DNA of 20,815 nt, taken from contig JANKJI020000001.1 of NCBI GenBank assembly GCA_024626585.2, forward strand, positions 15,282,802-15,303,616, written 5' to 3'. The DNA comes from Ginkgo biloba (lineage: Eukaryota; Plantae; Ginkgophyta). A model generated the notes under the pieces. That model ran no database searches, was not told the origin of the DNA, and was given only the letters and a program-made list of their open reading frames with translations. Shown piece by piece: positions 1 to 10,594 of the stretch. A program made the translations under genes and the position numbers. Position 1 is the first letter of the stretch; each line of letters starts with the position of its first letter.

Positions 1-898
1 ATGTTACCATCTAGTAGGCATCTTGGTAAGGGATCTAAGATAAGGATTGAATTTACTTCTATTCCTCTTTCCCTTTTGTATTGATGGTGGCATGGTCATA
101 TCCAAGATGGAGGTTGAAGGGGTCTACCTCAAATCACTCAACAATATTTAATTTCACTTAATGACGATTCATATTATACTAGAAGGGATGTACCAAATCT
201 AGTGGAACTAGGTGGGGCTTGTGTTTGAGTTATTAAGGAGTGGGGGAAAATTATAATTATAGATCTCCCTATGGGTCCATGGTATGGATATATATGGTAC
301 CCATTGATGGTTCTATGACTTATGGAAAATTCTCAACATGGATTGGATGTGTGGGAGAAGATGCTTCTTCCACATAAGCAACATCAAAGGTATATGATAT
401 TTCCTAAGATGGAAATTCCTCTATTTTCTCCCTAGTTGTCCCAAGATGGTTCTCTTTGGGTTGATCAATATGGGGAGCCACGAAAATATTAGTTTCAATG
501 GGGAAAATAATTGCAAACTTATCTTTATCAGTTCCTCATATATCCACTTCCCTAGTTGGCTCAAGGAATTAACTTACCAAGGGAAGATATGTATCACCCA
601 AGGATGCTTGGACCTTTTTTGTCGCTATGGTCTCTAATATATTCTCACATATGTCTACTTCTAGAGGATAAATTGATATTAGAATATCAATAGATATGAC
701 CCCTTAATTAACTATGTGATCTAGATTCATTTTAATTTAACTCATCTCTTGAACCAAGGATATTAGGGAGATGATCAACTAAATAAGTTATTGAATATAT
801 GATTATGTAGATCCAATAAATTATAGTGTGTATTAGGCCCTATCCATTAGGACTTAAGATTGTTGTACCAATTAAATGGTCCTCAGCTAGTTACCAAA
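1..898 (-). repeat. 3' LTR of a decayed Ty3/gypsy retrotransposon (runs off the left edge of the window)
   Basis: 1-~850 aligns with 3252-~4110 (hand count 88/120 identical over the first 120 nt). On the minus strand it directly follows a polypurine tract (AGAAAAGGGGG, 904-914) and lies downstream of the integrase. The exact TG terminus is eroded. Confidence 0.7.
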
Positions 899-903
899 AT
901 AAG

Positions 904-914
904 CCCCCTTTTCT
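904..914 (-). promoter_or_regulatory. Polypurine tract (PPT) of the gypsy element
   Basis: Plus strand cccccttttct reads AGAAAAGGGGG on the minus strand. It sits between the integrase 3' region and the LTR-homologous block. Confidence 0.65.
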
Positions 915-1239
915 ATAAAAACCCATTCTTCCAAGGAGCTTACATATTTCCTCTAATATAGAAAGGTCACTTTCTTACTTATCCATTTATCTAGGTATGT
1001 AACTCTTAAGAGTTATTTATAACCTTCAACCAAGGTCATTTTATTCATAGAAAGTTTCTTATGTAACTCTACTAACTTTTTTGATTGGGGTCCTAGAAAT
1101 TATTCTTCCTTTGAATCGTTATCAATGATCCACATNNNNNNNNNNNNNNNNNNNNNNNNNNNNNNNNNNNNNNNNNNNNNNNNNNNNNNNNNNNNNNNNN
1201 NNNNNNNNNNNNNNNNNNNNNNNNNNNNNNNNNNNGGAT

Positions 1240-2190
1240 GCCATCCTTTTATCAATATATTTCTTAACTTTTTCCTGGTAGATTTGAAACCTTTATCGAG
1301 TTTCCTCTCTCCTTTCTTATGGATTTAAAAGGTGTAGCAAACTTTTTCAAACTAGGGATACATCACTTGAATCAAACTTAGCCAAATGTATAGCCATCAA
1401 AGGAGAGTGGTAAGTAGTTCCTATTTACCATACACCAATAAAAATGGAGAATATATAATTTTCACCTTTAGAGTGATCTTGTCGGACCACAAGGCTTGGT
1501 TAAGATTAAGATGCCAATCCCTTCAATTTTGTTTAACAATTATCTTCGAGATTTTGTTCAAATTTTTGTTGGTTTCCTCTAAAAACTATTTTCCTAGGGA
1601 TAATAATTGAAGGATAGATATAGGAAAATACCATACCTTTTATTGAAGTCTATCATATCATTAGGCATGAAGGCAGGGCCATTATCATATATCAAGGTGG
1701 CAGAGACCCCAAAATGAGGCATGATTATGTGTTCAAAAAATTCTATTACCATCCCTATAGTTTCACACTTGCAAGGGATGGCCTCTACCCACCTAGTGAA
1801 GTAGTCTACAGCAATGAAGATAAATATATGACCTTTTCTATAGTTTTGGCTAATAGGTCCAATGAAGTTTAGTCCCCATTTTTTGAAAGGTTTATCTACA
1901 AGGATGGGTTATATTGGCATGGCCAAAAAATTCTACTTTCTAATAAAATTCTGGCATGGGACACATCTCTTGAATTTTTTAAAGGCATCCTTAAATATAG
2001 TCAACCAAAAATAAACTAACCTTATGATCCTATGAGTAGTTATTTCAGTAGTAAAAAGGCCATCACATATCCTAACATGAAACTTTTGTAAGGATTTAGT
2101 AGAATCCTCAATATTGAGGAACCTAAGGAGGGAGCCATCATAACTTCTTTGATACAATTTTACTTGCAATATGACATAGGGTACCACTCA
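1240..2190 (-). pseudogene. Ty3/gypsy integrase remnant (HHCC zinc-binding region plus rve core), with stops and a frameshift
   Basis: Minus-strand translation gives FH...YFWLTIFKDAFKKFKRCVPCQ (zinc-binding region), then PFKKWGLNFIGPI...GHIFIFIAVDYFTRWVEAIP...FGVSATLIYDNGPAF...NYYP*...LEETNKNL...WHLNLNQALWSDKIT...SPFLLVYGK. These are motifs of OTA (Ogre/Tat/Athila) integrases. The first catalytic D has become N. Confidence 0.93.
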
Positions 2191-2374
2191 TAAATTTAAG
2201 GGACTTTTGGCATTATTAGTGAAGAAACATAGGAAAACTCCTTGATTAAGCTAATTCATAACATCTTCTAATAATAGGTCATACTTAGAGTCATCTTGGT
2301 TTAAAACAAGAAGATTAAATATTTCTTCATCTTACAAATCTTCTTCTTTTTCTAATTTGGATAGGTATTCTACT

Positions 2375-2718
2375 TTAGACTCTAGTATTAGTTTGTATAG
2401 TCCCTTCTCTTTGATGATCTTCATGAGATTAAAATGTATAAAAAACTCTTAGATCTTTACAATCCACCTGGCCCATGTTTTTTATGGTTCATCTTGATTC
2501 AACATGGTTTTGATAGAAACCAAGGGTACATATTTGATAGAATGATTGTGAATTATATATGGATTAAAATATTCTATTGCCTTCATAAGAGAAAAATATT
2601 TCTTTTCAACTAGTGTGCACTAAGATGGTAATCTTTCAACGACTAGATGAGGAAAATACTCAACCTCTTTTCACATTCAACCTCCTTTTATATGATAATA
2701 ACCATGTATGCCTCATCT
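2375..2718 (-). pseudogene. Ty3/gypsy RNase H (RT-associated) remnant
   Basis: Minus strand reads CTLVEKKYFSLMKAIEYFNPYIIHNHSIKYVPLVSIKTMLNQDEP*KTWARWIVKI*EFFIHFNLMKIIKEKGLYKLILES. This fits the gypsy RH pattern YxxxEK...ALVKAxxxFRxYI...ARW...LQEF...VKGQGL. RH upstream of INT is the gypsy domain order. Confidence 0.85.
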
Positions 2719-3251
2719 NNNNNNNNNNNNNNNNNNNNNNNNNNNNNNNNNNNNNNNNNNNNNNNNNNNNNNNNNNNNNNNNNNNNNNNNNNNNNNNNNN
2801 NNNNNNNNNNNNNNNNNNGACATACATATTGGTACTTGCAGATAAATATGGATGCGACTTGGGTATGCAACTCCAAGATAAGCACTAACATGTCATAATA
2901 GTAAGGAGTGAATTCTCTCTATATTATAAGGGAAGTTACCTTATTTAAAAATAATAGAAAGACTAGTGAATAATGAAATAAATTTAATTATTATTCAGTA
3001 GTATTTATATTCTTTTTAATTTTCATCTTTAGATCAATTATCCTAAGAATCTAATAATAAATGAATTAATATTAAAGTAAGAAAACGAAAGTCATTAAGA
3101 AATTTTGGAACCCCCTATAATTCATTCTTGTTGCTTATTATAGTCTTCTAATTAGAAGAATTGGATAACTACTTCTTATCTATTCTGATAACTAGTTATC
3201 ATCAAGATACTTCCTAAGGGATATTATTGAGGCTACAACAAATGTTCTTGG

Positions 3252-4110
3252 ATGTTACCATCTAGTGCACATATTGGCAAGGGATTTGAGAGAAGGAGCA
3301 TCTTTCCTTTTACTCCTCTTTCCCTTTTAGGGTGATGATGACATTGTTATGTCCATGGTGATGATCAAGGGGACTACCTTAAATATCTTATCATTAATGG
3401 TTTCACTCAATGAGGATTTGCATTATACTAGAGGGGATGTACCAGATCTAATAGAACTAGTTGGGGCTTATGCCAGAGGTACTTATGAGGAGGAGGCAAC
3501 GTATACTTATAGATTATCCTATAGGTCCATGGTGGGGATATTTATAGGACTCATTGATGGTTCTATAACTTTTGGAAAATTCTCAATGTGGATTGGATAC
3601 ATAGGAAAATATGCTTCTTCCACATGAAAAATATCAAAGGGATGTGATATTTCCTAAGTTGGCCTTACCTCTATTTCCTCCTTGGATAGCGTAGGATGTT
3701 TCTCTTTGGGATGATCCATAGGAGGAGATAGTATAAGTTTATCTTCACTATGAGAAGTAATTGATAACTTCTTTTTATCAATTATTAATATCTCCACTTC
3801 ATTGGTTGTCTCAGGGGATTAACTCACCAATGGAAGAGACATATCACCCGTGGATGCTTGGACCTTCCATAACCATGGTCTCTAACATATTATCACCTAT
3901 TTATTCTCCTAAAGGAGTAGGAGATATCTAAATATTGATAGTTATGTCCCCTTCATCAACTATATGATCTACCTTCATTTTAATTTGATTCATATCCTAA
4001 TCTATGGACATAATGGAGCTAATCAAAAGAACAATATGTTAAATATATGATTTTGTAGATATAATTAATTATAGTGTGTCTTTGAGGGTGGATTTTAACC
4101 TATCCATTAG
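3252..4110 (-). repeat. Second LTR-like copy (5' LTR of the same element or LTR of a sister element); probably extends left towards ~2900
   Basis: Direct repeat of 1-850 at ~73-75% identity. It carries a minus-strand TATA, CCTATAAATATCCCC, at ~3534-3548. The left boundary cannot be fixed because the partner copy is cut by the window edge. Confidence 0.7.
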
Positions 4111-4249
4111 TGATATATTTTCTAGTGGGTGAGTCAAAATATCCCAATGGAACCTACAACCGATTCTATGGAATTATATTTTAAACTGGGACTTTCAACC
4201 CAAATGACTTGAATTCAAATATTCAAGCATAAAAATTCATTAAACATCA

Positions 4250-4712
4250 CATGAAAATTTGCGCATAGAAGACATAGGAATTTTAACTGGAGAAAATCCT
4301 CTTGGGATAGAAAAAATATAGAATTTCCATTAAGAAAGAAGTGCTTGTACCCATGCTCATGTAACTTGCAAGGCTTTCATAGTATTTTAGAGATTACCAT
4401 TGTGGGTTTCAATTTGGGACTAAGTTATCCAATCTATTTATCCTCCTCTTGACTAAGTGTCTTTGTCCCAATCTTGATTGAGTGGCTCTATCCTACTCTT
4501 CCCTGAACATCTCTATCCTACTCATATTTGATTGGCTCTATCCTCCCCATCTTGAGTCACTCTTGAAAAGAGAGCTTGATTCTTCTCTATATAGAAAGAA
4601 ACTTCATCTCCTTTCTTCTTTTGATCTTCTTCCCTATTCTTTGGTCTATCCTGTATCTTCCTCTATCCTCCTTTCTTCTCTATCCTTTTTTTTTGTTCTT
4701 TTCTTTGTTGTC
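4250..4712. repeat. LTR-like / pyrimidine-rich segment with a repeated CTCTATCCT motif
   Basis: (C/T)TCTATCCT recurs about 6 times between ~4485 and 4690. The upstream gacataggaattttaactggagaaaatcc resembles the antisense of plant LTR ends. Family not identified. Confidence 0.35.
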
Positions 4713-5045
4713 NNNNNNNNNNNNNNNNNNNNNNNNNNNNNNNNNNNNNNNNNNNNNNNNNNNNNNNNNNAGGAAATGATTTTTAGAGGTATAATATACT
4801 TTGTAGCCAACATGCTATAGTCCAAAATTCAGATTCTAAAACTTCCCAAGTGATAACTTATTAAAAAAATATATTTTTCTATAATTAACACTTTTCAAGG
4901 GATAAACGAACTCATTTTGACTTGAATTTTAGTTAACTTAATTGTTTCAGTGTCCCGCAACTACAATTAAAATTTTGTTAAATTTTGAGTTTGTACATAA
5001 AATTTATATCTAAAATACCATTGAAAGTTTTTGTCATTTTTACTC

Positions 5046-5150
5046 TTCATTTGTTGAATGACTTAGTATTATTCATTGAATGACTTTGTCCATTCATTGA
5101 ATGACTCAATCTGTTTGTCGAATGACACTAACCCATTAGCTGAAATAACC
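5046..5150. repeat. Minisatellite, ~21-22 bp unit, 4-5 copies (core TTCATTGAATGAC)
   Basis: Successive cores tttgttgaatgac, ttcattgaatgac, ttcattgaatgac and tttgtcgaatgac. The variants are consistent with CpG decay of TTCGTCGAATGAC. Confidence 0.75.
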
Positions 5151-7334
5151 AAAATGATAGGCAGTCAATAAAATTAGCATAAATTTNNNNNNNNNNNNNN
5201 NNNNNNNNNNNNNNNNNNNNNNNNNNNNNNNNNNNNNNNNNNNNNNNNNNNNNNNNNNNNNNNNNNNNNNNNNNNNNNNNNNNNNNTATGGACCTTAGTT
5301 GAATCCATAATAAGGGATCACATAGATATATACCTAATAGTGATCCTCACACCTTGTATCCCCCCAACAACATGCAATATCCTCAATGACCTTATTTAAT
5401 GGGAAAATCCATAGGTGGGTGGAAGTCAATGCTCATGCTTGAGCTTGCAATTTATCCTTATATACCACCATAGAAGGATGGTGTTGAAATTGATCTATCT
5501 TTACGATGATCTATCTCATNNNNNNNNNNNNNNNNNNNNNNNNNTCACTTCTCTTCATACTTTATTTTATTTTGGATCTATGATGACATGCTCACAGTGT
5601 TATTACATCAATTTTGATGTTACCCTATATGATAGGAGTGGGCATGACTTTTTCTCTACTGTTTAATTTTATTGTAATATGATGCAATTTTTCCCATTAG
5701 GTGAATAAATAAAATATATATTTGCAACAAAAAATAGAATTATACTATTAGATTAATGTTATTGATTTTTTTGGCACCCTTGCATTTTCATCCCAATATA
5801 ACATGTTAATATATTATTATATGCACTTGGATCTTCATATTACATATTTTTCATGTTCTATTATTCACTAGATACATCATTGGTGTGACATTTGTATCCC
5901 ATTTATATGATATTATTTAATCACTTATATTGTATTNNNNNNNNNNNNNNNNNNNNNNNNNNNNNNNNNNNNNNNNNNNNNNNNNNNNNNNNNNNNNNNN
6001 NNNNNNNNNNNNNNNNNNNNNNNNNNNNNNNNNNNNNNNNNNNNNNNNNNNNNNNNNNNNNNNNNNNNNNNNNNNNNNNNNNNNATTATGGATTACATAT
6101 TTAAATACCTAAAATTTTTTTCATTAGTATATTTTTAATTCATAGCATTTTAACATAGATTAATAGGTCTCTTTTGTGATACTTGTTGACAACGTATTTT
6201 TTAATAGCCAAATAAAGCCATAACAAAGGTGCTGACAAGCTCATCAACTAGTAGGAGAACTTCAAAAGTTGACACATGGAAAAATATATTNNNNNNNNNN
6301 NNNNNNNNNNNNNNNNNNNNNNNNNNNNACTAATGAGCATGAATGATGCCTTAGGTCTAAACTGACCAACATCCCCCTCATAATAACATCCATTTTTTTT
6401 CTCAAGATCATCTTATCTACAACCATTCTGGACTCTTGTGTAAGTGTGAGACTATCACATCCCATATGTTCTCCATGTTCTAAGTCTCTAGTATACTCCC
6501 TCATTTGATGAGGAGTGATGATCACTCCAAATGTCTTCATGGGGGAGAAAGACATTCTAACTCATTTATGGAAAGCCATGGATAGATTGATCATATACTT
6601 AAAAAAGAAACTTCTTTATATATTTCCTTATGAAGATCATATTTTTTGGTGAATCCATACAATCCATATCTCATCATTATTCTCACCTGCAAATCATCCA
6701 GGAGGAGGNNNNNNNNNNNNNNNNNNNNNNNNNNNNNNNNNNNNNNNNNNNNNNNNNNNNNNNNNNNNNNNNNNNNNNNNNNNNNNNNNNNNNNNNNNNN
6801 NNNNNNNNCCAAACCCAAGCCTAAAACCAAACCTCCATGTAAGGTGGCATGGAATCAATAAGACTGGTCAAAATTTAAGTACCTTAACATACGAGTGTAG
6901 AATCATTTACCATAGAGGATTGATGCATACTCAGTACCTACCACATTATAAATATATTGATTGGTATGATAGACTAACACATAAGAATTATTTTCATTTT
7001 ATAATACCATGTCATGTTATATAATATTATGTGTAGTTTCATGTCAACACTAACATGCCATGTTGAACTACATATGTGTGCCACATCATACTACCTACAC
7101 ATATATTTTGGCAGCATGTTAGAAATCTAATAATTGTAAGGCCTAAACTATCCTACTACAATATCCTTGATTGATATCATCCTATTAAGCCATTTATGAT
7201 ATTTCACACCATGAAAAATACAACAACCTCTACTAAGAGGTATTATTACACCTCTATCATGATATCCAAACACCATAATTGAGCTACTCATTTCTCCATT
7301 TTCCACACAGTATATACTAAACACCTGGTGGCCG

Positions 7335-8230
7335 ATCACATGTTGACCAAGATGACTTAATTATGAAATATTCTTGAGGTTTTGGCATATTGACAATTGA
7401 TAGATTAGAGCTAAATCAAGGTATAAAGCTAGTTTGATCAAGATATTATTATTAAACACAACATGCTTTCTCACACCATGATCAAGATGACTTAATAATG
7501 AGATCTTTTTTTATGTGTATCATGCTTGAGCTAATGGGATTATACCTTAATCTAGCTATTTTAACTACCTCGATTAAGATAGCAATGTTAATCATGGTGC
7601 GACCTATCACACCATGATTGAGATGACTTAATAATTAGATCTTCTTGGGGGTTTGTCGCACTTATGGAAGAGGGATTATACCTCAATATAGATATTTTAA
7701 ATACCTCAATCAAGGTATTTGTATCTAAGTAAGAGATATTTGGCTAAGTTGGAATGTTATCCACCATTGATTAAACCTCGATCAAGATATGATTATTAAA
7801 CATATCGTGATCAATCACACCATGTTTGAGATGACTTAATAATGAGCTCTTCTTGGGGGTTTTTCATGATCATGGAAATGGGCTTATGCCTTGATATAAC
7901 TATTTTAAATGCCTCAATTGAGATAGACTTATTTAAGATAATGTAGCCTATCAAACCATGATTGAGATGACTTAAAAACTAGATCTTATTGGGGGTTTGT
8001 CATGTTTTTTATTGAGATATTTACATCTAATCAAGAGATCTTAGGCTAAGATGGCATGCCCTCCACCATTTATTACACCTTGATCAAGATAAGATTATTA
8101 AATACACTATGGATGGTCACACCATGATTGATATAAATTAATTATGATATCTTCTTAAGGGTTTGTCGTGCTCATAGTAGTGGGCTTATACCTCAATCTA
8201 ATTATTTTAAATATCTTGATCAAGGTTTTC
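7335..8230. repeat. Tandem array of 6 units, ~136-bp monomer alternating with longer (~166-208 bp) units
   Basis: The anchor CACACCATGATYRAGATGACTTAATAAT recurs near 7335, 7472, 7608, 7816, 7951 and 8118. Confidence 0.9.
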
Positions 8231-8627
8231 CCATTAATCTTTGCATGGGAAAATTCCTTGATCAAGGTTGTTATACATGTAACATATGTGGTTTATGGGG
8301 GTAATGACCTTGATTGAGCATGTTTATTTTTGTACAACATTTATAAAAAACCCAATTTTTTTCATTTGGGGTCATTTTCACCACTAAGAGAGAGAAAATA
8401 TTGAGAGACTATAAGGTAAGAAAAATTATAATGAAGTGTTGCCAAAGTTTTAATTTTAACCTTTTTATTAATTAACCTTGTTGTGAGCTCACTACATCAT
8501 CATTTCTAGGGACACTCCTATACTTTCATTGAGTGAGATATTATCCCATGGATAGAGTCAAGAGGCACAAGATGTAGCTGCAACATCTAGTGTTGATGCA
8601 CAAAGTACTATAGGGAAATCTATAGCG

Positions 8628-8735
8628 ATGGGATCAACCATACATAATGAGACACAAGGACCCATGGGATCAACCACACATGATGAAACATAGGGGTCCA
8701 TAGGATGAACTATACATGATGAGACACAGGGACAC
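8628..8735 (+). repeat. 36-bp tandem repeat x3 (consensus peptide MGSTIHDETQGP)
   Basis: Units atgggatcaaccatacataatgagacacaaggaccc / atgggatcaaccacacatgatgaaacataggggtcc / ataggatgaactatacatgatgagacacagggacac. Confidence 0.92.
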
Positions 8736-9536
8736 AAAGTATCTCCCTAGTTAATTTAGAGGGTGTTGATACCAAATTTGATGATCCATTACATATTTTT
8801 ATATCTTTCACCTATATCCTCATATCATTATCGATCCATGGTTTATGGTGAGATTTAATCATTAGGGATTAGTATTGCCTGATTACATCTTGATGTCACT
8901 AACATCATTGTATCACTAAATAGTCTTGAATACCATTTTGATCATATGAATGACTTTTTATGCGATTTTGACAATGGTATTAATGATGGTCCTAAACTCA
9001 CCTAGGATTAGGTTGATACACTCATGACATATGAGATGATTGTAGGTCTTTTTTAGTATCTAGAGAACCTTCCACATCCTTGAGGGTAGCCCTTTTCCAC
9101 CACTAGGTGCATTCATCCAACATGTTAATTTCTTATTTATCCTATATTCTTTTTCACCTATCGTGGGAACCCTCATAACTTATAGATTCTTATATATTTT
9201 GTTCAATATTTATATGCATATACCATATTATAATGAAATTTATATTTCAGTAGTCATCGATCTTATCATGGATATAGAGGGGGGAGATAACATGATTATG
9301 TATAGAGTTGACATAGGTAGAGAGGAATACCACCACCAATACCACCATCTACTATTATAATGAGATTGGATGAGTTTATGTGCAACTACACCCCTCATCT
9401 AGTGAAAGGTTCATAGTGTTTGATAGGATACATAGTACAAGTTATTTCAATCATAGTTTCTAGGATTTTACCTATAGAATCCATTATGGATTACCCATCA
9501 TAAACTAGTCCATCTCAGGTATCTCAAGCAAAAGAG

Positions 9537-9790
9537 GAGAGAGATGATGCCAATATAGAGAGGGATGCAATTGGAGTAGAGATTGATACTATTAGAGTTG
9601 AGAGAGGTGCTGCCATTATAGTTATCAATGAGAGAGAGGTAGTGATTATAATGAGAGACACTAAAAGAGAGGTAGCTATTATGGAAAGTGAGGCATCCAT
9701 TATGGTGAGTGGTGATGCCATTATGGAGAGAGATACTAATATTTTTATTATAGATAATTCCATTATAGAGAGATATATTTCTATAGAGAG
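9537..9790 (+). repeat. Degenerate 21-bp repeat encoding heptads (ERDAAIM-like coiled coil)
   Basis: Translation ERDDANI ERDAIGV EIDTIRV ERGAAII...EREVVII...REVAIM ESEASIM VSGDAIM ERDTNIF IIDNSII ERYISIE. DNA motif GCCATTATRGAGAGAGAT. Confidence 0.8.
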
Positions 9791-10278
9791 AATACATGAA
9801 GGGGAGAATAAGTGGCATGATTTGTGTAAGGCCTATAAATAAACTTTAGAGTTTCAAAGTTTATGGAGTGTGATGAGGTTAAGGAGGTCAGTGCCAATGT
9901 AAATTCAAATGTAACTTTGAAGGTTGAATATTAGAGTTAGAAAGTTCCTCAATTTACTTAGAAAGTGCGAGAAGATAAAAGGATTTTTAATGGGACACCA
10001 CCTTAAATGCATGAAGGAAATTTTAGAGGAGAAGTGAAGTCTAGGTAGATCTATTTTCTTAAAATAAGTAATATTTCCTTGCTTATGAAATTAATTATTC
10101 TTTATTTGAATTTATTTCAAGTAGATTCTCCCTAATTGTGAAAGAATTTATTGATTAAAAAATGGTATTCCTTTAAATGACATTTATTTTAGTAGGGATC
10201 CCAATATTAGATTAAATATATGAACTCCTAAAACTTGCCACCATATTCCCAAATAGTTTCTTGAGTCTTATTTGATTA

Positions 10279-10490
10279 TCTCCTTAGGACATCCTATATT
10301 TTCCTAGGATGTTTGTTGTCTCTCCTATGAGAGGTGGATTTCCTATAGGCATTAATATGGGTGTTGAATGATACCTATCAAAATTTTCTCCTTAGGATAT
10401 CCTATATTTTTCTATCATATATATTTTTCCCTCTAATGAGAGGTGGATTACCTATAAGAATTGTTGTGTATGTTGTGTAGTATAAAGTTT
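10279..10490. repeat. 108-bp tandem duplication (2 copies)
   Basis: tctccttaggaYatcctatatttt...atgagaggtggattWcctata starts at 10279 and again at 10387. Confidence 0.88.
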
Positions 10491-10594
10491 TATTACCATC
10501 TTGATTTGATCCAATTTTGGATCATAGAGTAGTTCCCTCAAGTGAAGAACAATCCTTCTCATGATTTTTAGCATCTCAAGTAAATATGTGCTCT

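Larger units (their letters stand above)
8342..9842 (+). pseudogene. Fossil TE-associated gene: TATA, 5' intron and a ~430-codon decayed ORF ending in a coiled coil
   Basis: TATAAAAA at 8342. AAG|GTAAGA donor at 8416, CTCAC branch-like motif at ~8488, TTTCTAG| acceptor at 8509. A 36-bp repeat, a PPPIPP run and a 21-bp repeat all read in the same frame. 9504-9842 is stop-free. There are 21 internal stops between 8565 and 9503. Confidence 0.55.

Noticed and set aside
6329-6708. Tc1/mariner-like NMENIWD motif on the minus strand
   Set aside because: It is an isolated short match among many stops, with no surrounding DDE context.
9498-9818. Minus-strand ORFs of 106 and 79 aa
   Set aside because: They are antisense shadows of the low-complexity 21-bp repeat.
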